Source of the DNA: a phage
Length of the DNA stretch: 52,616 nt
Sequence record: PZ379594.1
Strand: one strand, 5' to 3'
Part shown: positions 48,578 to 52,616 of the stretch, in pieces
How positions within the stretch are numbered: the stretch's first letter is position 1
Layout of the letters: every line of letters begins with the position of its first letter
Notes under the pieces: generated by a model
What the model saw: the letters and a program-made list of their open reading frames with translations, nothing else
What the model was told of the DNA's origin: nothing
Databases searched by the model: none
Program-made: the position numbers and the translations under genes

Positions 48578-49677
48578 TGGCTTACACTACCTTTTCACAA
48601 ACCAAGAATAACCAACTACTAGAACCAATGTTCTTTGGTCAGAACGTTAACGTTGCTCGATATGACCAACAGAAGTACAGCATCTTCGAGAAGTTAATTG
48701 AGAAGCAGTTATCTTTCTTTTGGCGACCTGAGGAGGTTGATGTTAGCCAGGACCGAATTGATTATGCTGGTCTTCCTGAATGCGAGAAGCACATTTTTAC
48801 CAGCAATTTACGGTACCAAATCCTGCTTGATTCCATTCAGGGACGTGGACCAACTGCAGTTTTGCTACCAATTGTGAGCATTCCTGAGCTTGAAACTTGG
48901 ATTGAAACTTGGTCATTCTCAGAGACAATTCACTCTCGTTCTTACACGCATATTATCCGTAACATTGTTACAAACCCAAGCGTAATTTTCGATGAAATTG
49001 TGGAGAATGAGCACATTAAAATGCGTGCAATTGGCATCTCCCAATATTATGACGAGCTTCAACATCTGACTTCCATGTGGCATTTGCATGAAGATAAAGT
49101 TTCTCTTCGTGAGCTTAAGAAGAAGCTGTATTTATGCCTCATGTCCATCAATGCACTGGAAGCAATTCGCTTTTATGTCAGCTTTGCTTGCTCATTTGCC
49201 TTCGCTGAACGCAAGTTAATGGAGGGAAATGCCAAGATTATTCGCTTAATTGCTCGTGATGAAGCACTCCATTTGACCGGAACTCAACACATGCTGAACC
49301 TTCTTGCAAGCGGTGTTGATGACCCAGAAATGGCCGAAATTGCTAAAGAATGTCGTCAAGAATGCCAAGAAATGTTCGAAAATGTGGCCCAACAAGAGAA
49401 AGATTGGGCTGATTATTTGTTCAAAGATGGCTCAATGATTGGCTTAAACAAGCAAATTCTGTGCGGATATGTGGAATATATCACGAATATTCGTATGCAA
49501 GCAGTTGGATTAGATGCTCCATTCAAAGGTGCTACTAACCCGATTCCTTGGATTAACGCATGGTTGAATTCGGATGCTGTACAAGTTGCTCCACAAGAAA
49601 CGGAGATTAGTTCGTACCTTGTTGGGCAGATTGACTCCGAAGTTGACACCAATGCTCTAGGCGGATTTGAACTATGA
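48577..49677 (+). CDS. nrdB: ribonucleotide reductase class Ia small subunit
   Basis: Long blocks (LLDSIQGR...[32 protein letters not shown]; [18 protein letters not shown]; C-terminal [14 protein letters not shown]) match my recollection of enterobacterial NrdB; no nrdA in the window. Confidence 0.8.
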   Translation: MAYTTFSQTKNNQLLEPMFFGQNVNVARYDQQKYSIFEKLIEKQLSFFWRPEEVDVSQDRIDYAGLPECEKHIFTSNLRYQILLDSIQGRGPTAVLLPIVSIPELETWIETWSFSETIHSRSYTHIIRNIVTNPSVIFDEIVENEHIKMRAIGISQYYDELQHLTSMWHLHEDKVSLRELKKKLYLCLMSINALEAIRFYVSFACSFAFAERKLMEGNAKIIRLIARDEALHLTGTQHMLNLLASGVDDPEMAEIAKECRQECQEMFENVAQQEKDWADYLFKDGSMIGLNKQILCGYVEYITNIRMQAVGLDAPFKGATNPIPWINAWLNSDAVQVAPQETEISSYLVGQIDSEVDTNALGGFEL

Positions 49678-49784
49678 TTGGATACGGTGAAGGCTGACGT
49701 TTGTCAGTTATATGCGAGAAGAGATTCGATGCGTTAGCGTCGTTTCTCTTTGAGCTAGAATAAAAACAAGTAAATTAAATATTT

Positions 49785-50020
49785 ATTTATTCCCAATATT
49801 GCTACAATATTAAGAGTAATATTAGGAATGCGTAAAGTTAAAACCAAATGGTACATGGTCGGTCAGCTGTATCTCGCCGAAATTTGTTCGAACAGTTGTC
49901 TGACTATGAAATAAATTTTTTTTTTTATAATTTTTTATTTTCAATATTGCTACAGAATTAATGAGACTCGAATTGTTACGATATTAACGAGACTAGAATT
50001 GTGGCAATATTATAATTTTT
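49785..50020. repeat. second array of CAATATTGCTACA-type motifs plus an AT-rich tract, upstream of the RNA polymerase gene
   Basis: CCCAATATTGCTACAATATTAAGAGTAATATTAGG, TTTTCAATATTGCTACAGAATTAATGAGACTCGAATTGTTACGATATTAACGAGACTAGAATTGTGGCAATATTATAAT and a T/A run at 49911-49945; same family as the 100-790 array. Confidence 0.55.
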
Positions 50021-50276
50021 ATTTTTGGGCCAGCGGGGAGGGGAAGCCCAACGTCCTATCGGACTTAAATACGGTCCCTACTCCAACTTTTTCCTACAGC
50101 CTATCGGCTTTCAAACAACACCAAGTTAGGCGCTTCGCTTATAGGTCAAGGTCAAAGTCTCCGTGCTGTTGTAACAATGGCACAGGTTTGTGGTATTAGT
50201 TGGTTGTGAATTGTGTAATGGCTACGCTATTATAATCCGTTTCAGTTAAATCATACACAATCTTGGAGACTTACAA

Positions 50277-52217
50277 ATGACTACTATCACCACTCAAACT
50301 ATCAAATCTGTTGTTCCTGCCATCACTGCTCTGGTATACCGTGCCAAAGAGAAGCAGAACTATATGCAGCCTCAGACTTGTGCTATTGCTGCCTTAGCCA
50401 TATTCAAGATGATGACGTCTTTCACTCGTGATGACGTTGTTCCTGCCATTGCGATGGTTGAGCTGGCTTCTGCTTCTATTGCTGATGCCAACCGCTACAA
50501 CAACGACTTGAAAGCAATGCACTATGTTGACCCAGCTATCAACCTCATTGGTCTGGCTAAGCACTTCGGCTTCATCACCATGAACGAAGACAAGTCATTC
50601 CAGCAAACTGACACATGGGTTGAACTGGTTACAACCAAAGACACAGCAGTGCCATTCACTGAGCGTGTTACATCTGAATCTCGTCGCAAGCCTTTCGTTA
50701 AAGGTGGCAAAGTTAAGCCATCCAAAACTCTGAAAGCTGCAATCGAATTCCTGCAAGATACTGAGTACCATGTGGAGACTGAGATGGTTCGCATCATTCA
50801 GTCCATGCTTGAGCAACGTACTTATGGTGGCTTGCAGATGCCAGAAGCAATCCAGACTGAACTCCATGTTTGGAACAATGCTGTAGCAATGATGAATCAG
50901 GACACACTGTATTCTGACTACTTTGCTGACAACCGTGGTCGCCTGTATCATGTAGCATGTGCTGGTCCTAACCCACAATCCTCTGACTTTGCTCGTTGCT
51001 TGTATTCTCACAATGTTGAGAACATCGTTAAGAAGTTTAACGAAGATGGTTCTACTACCATTGCATACAACATGTTCATGGCAGAGCTGGAAGATATTTC
51101 CGGTGGTGAATGGTGCAGTGCTAAGCGTTTGACCTATGTTGCTCAGAATCCGGCTGGTTCACTTGCTCGCATGATGAACATGCCTAAAGCTGAACGTCCC
51201 TCTAAGCCATTCACTTATGTTCGTCTGGCTCTGGATTGGTTCAAGTTTGAGACTACAGGTGAATGCGATTCCCGTGTAGGATTTGGCTTAGATGCTAAAT
51301 GCTCTGGTACTCAATATCTGGCATTCATTGCTGGTAACATGGAAATGGCTCGTGCAACAGGTCTGGTTGATTCTGAGACTAAAGCATCTGACCCATACCA
51401 GTTGAGTCTTCGTGAACTGTTGAAGCTGCTGGACAAGTCTTCAATGAAACCATCTCCTGAAATCATGGATGAATTCTTGAATCCGAAAGCTGGTCGTAAG
51501 TTTATCAAAACTCCATACATGGCTATCCAATATGGTGGTGGTAAAGCTGCTTTAACTGGTTCATCTGACTTCATTGGCTACATGACAGAAGCTCTCCAGA
51601 TTCCTATGGAGAAAGCTGAGGCATTTGCTGAACTGTGTGTAGAAGCAATCCATAACGCATTGGGTGCTAAGATTAACATGTTCATTGAGAAAGCTGCTGA
51701 TGCTGCATACAACCGTTGTGTTGAACTTGGTAAAGAGTACATCACATACCGTCACACTGATGGTCAGGTTGTAATGAAGCCTTGCTTCCCATCTCGTGAA
51801 ATCTGTGATGCATTCAGCATTCGTGTTGACTCTCAAACTCGTGTTATCTTTGGTCAGATTCAGGAAGAGAAACCTTGGACCATTCGTGAATCCAATCCAA
51901 CTAAAGAGGAATTCAAGCGTACTTTCGTAGTCAACTATATTCAAGGTATTGACGCATTGGTTGCTCGTACTGTTGCTGTTAAAGCTAAAGAAGCTGGTCT
52001 TCGTGGTTTCACTTCAATCCATGATTGTTTCCGTTGCTGTCTGGCTGATGCTCCACGTATGATGGAAGTTATTCGTGCAGCATATGTTGAAATCTTCGTA
52101 ACCAACAATCAATTCGAGAATCTGTCTAAGCAACTCGGTGGCATTCAGATGTATCATGAGAACATCGTAACCGAAGAGCTTCTGATGAGCGAACACGCTT
52201 ACTACTTCTGTCAATAA
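50277..52217 (+). CDS. single-subunit (T7-like) DNA-dependent RNA polymerase, short form (646 aa)
   Basis: Catalytic motifs DAKCSGTQYLAF (T7 DGSCSGIQHFSAM), KTPYMAIQYGGG (motif B-like) and TSIHDCFRCCLADA (T7 LIHDSFGTIPADA). Confidence 0.8.
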   Translation: MTTITTQTIKSVVPAITALVYRAKEKQNYMQPQTCAIAALAIFKMMTSFTRDDVVPAIAMVELASASIADANRYNNDLKAMHYVDPAINLIGLAKHFGFITMNEDKSFQQTDTWVELVTTKDTAVPFTERVTSESRRKPFVKGGKVKPSKTLKAAIEFLQDTEYHVETEMVRIIQSMLEQRTYGGLQMPEAIQTELHVWNNAVAMMNQDTLYSDYFADNRGRLYHVACAGPNPQSSDFARCLYSHNVENIVKKFNEDGSTTIAYNMFMAELEDISGGEWCSAKRLTYVAQNPAGSLARMMNMPKAERPSKPFTYVRLALDWFKFETTGECDSRVGFGLDAKCSGTQYLAFIAGNMEMARATGLVDSETKASDPYQLSLRELLKLLDKSSMKPSPEIMDEFLNPKAGRKFIKTPYMAIQYGGGKAALTGSSDFIGYMTEALQIPMEKAEAFAELCVEAIHNALGAKINMFIEKAADAAYNRCVELGKEYITYRHTDGQVVMKPCFPSREICDAFSIRVDSQTRVIFGQIQEEKPWTIRESNPTKEEFKRTFVVNYIQGIDALVARTVAVKAKEAGLRGFTSIHDCFRCCLADAPRMMEVIRAAYVEIFVTNNQFENLSKQLGGIQMYHENIVTEELLMSEHAYYFCQ

Positions 52218-52259
52218 CATTAATTGGGTCAAGGATGACCACAAACTTGGAGACTTATA

Positions 52260-52460
52260 ATGAATACCATGCAAATCAATCAAATCGAAAACTGTTTCAA
52301 TCCTCATCACACCTGCGACATGAGCAATTTATCTCGTCCTACAGTGGAGGAGACTAAAGACTTCTTAGAATTGTTAGCAGAATATAAGCAAGAATCGCAT
52401 GTACTATTGCACGCATATTTGCACAATTCTGGATTCTTTGATACAGAGATACCGTTCTGA
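52260..52460 (+). CDS. hypothetical protein (66 aa)
   Basis: GGAGAC RBS; followed by a strong terminator. Confidence 0.45.
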   Translation: MNTMQINQIENCFNPHHTCDMSNLSRPTVEETKDFLELLAEYKQESHVLLHAYLHNSGFFDTEIPF

Positions 52461-52465
52461 TACTT

Positions 52466-52491
52466 GGGAGCTTCGGCTCCCTATTTTTGTT
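52466..52491 (+). terminator. intrinsic terminator (GGGAGC-TTCG-GCTCCC + TATTTTTGTT)
   Basis: Perfect GC stem with TTCG tetraloop and a U-tract; same hairpin family as the 19318 terminator. Confidence 0.75.
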
Positions 52492-52530
52492 CTAATTAAT
52501 CTTAGAGCTGGCTTCAATATTGTAGCCAGT

Positions 52531-52559
52531 TGTAACATTAGTTGGATGTGAAGTAACAG
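52531..52559 (+). promoter_or_regulatory. conserved promoter-like motif, copy 5 (GTAACATTAGTTGGATGTGAAGTAACAG)
   Basis: Lies after the terminator at the window end, consistent with the control region continuing across the window junction. Confidence 0.45.
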
Positions 52560-52616
52560 AATACGGAGAAGTATTCCGCATGTCATGTTGAAATCATTCT
52601 AGAAACATTTCAGCAT

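Noticed and set aside
1-52616. Temperate lifestyle or prophage
   Set aside because: No integrase, repressor, excisionase or attachment-site-like repeats recognised; the content is consistent with a virulent phage, though this is absence of evidence only.

Overview
The window looks like a near-complete genome of a virulent tailed phage, with every credible gene on the + strand. All calls are from reading the sequence and ORF translations by eye; no searches were run. Gene order is: a repeat-rich non-coding leader (1-1047); about 25 small early genes (1.0-10.6 kb) including an SSB-tail mimic, an ArdA-like protein and an M15 peptidase; an accessory island (10.7-13.4 kb) with an HNH endonuclease, an immunity-like membrane protein, an atypical tRNA-like gene, a possible spanin pair and a ~0.8 kb ORF-free stretch; a T7-like replication module (13.4-22.8 kb: ThyX, primase-helicase, family A DNA polymerase, 5'-3' exonuclease, ligase, dNMP kinase, dUTPase); packaging and head genes (23.4-29.9 kb); a contractile-tail and Mu/P2-like baseplate module (29.9-47.7 kb); a holin/endolysin pair; a host-like nrdB; and a short T7-like single-subunit RNA polymerase at the right end. 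From memory this architecture resembles phiEcoM-GJ1-like (Chaseviridae) phages of Enterobacteriaceae, but that is unverified. The most notable observations are two apparent -1 programmed frameshifts (a head protein gaining an Ig-like domain, and a tail-chaperone G/GT pair), a small protein ending in the E. coli SSB tail DFDDDIPF, a tRNA-like gene with a 21-nt insertion, a conserved ~25-bp promoter-like motif in five copies, and CAATATTG-type repeat arrays in the non-coding DNA at both ends of the window.
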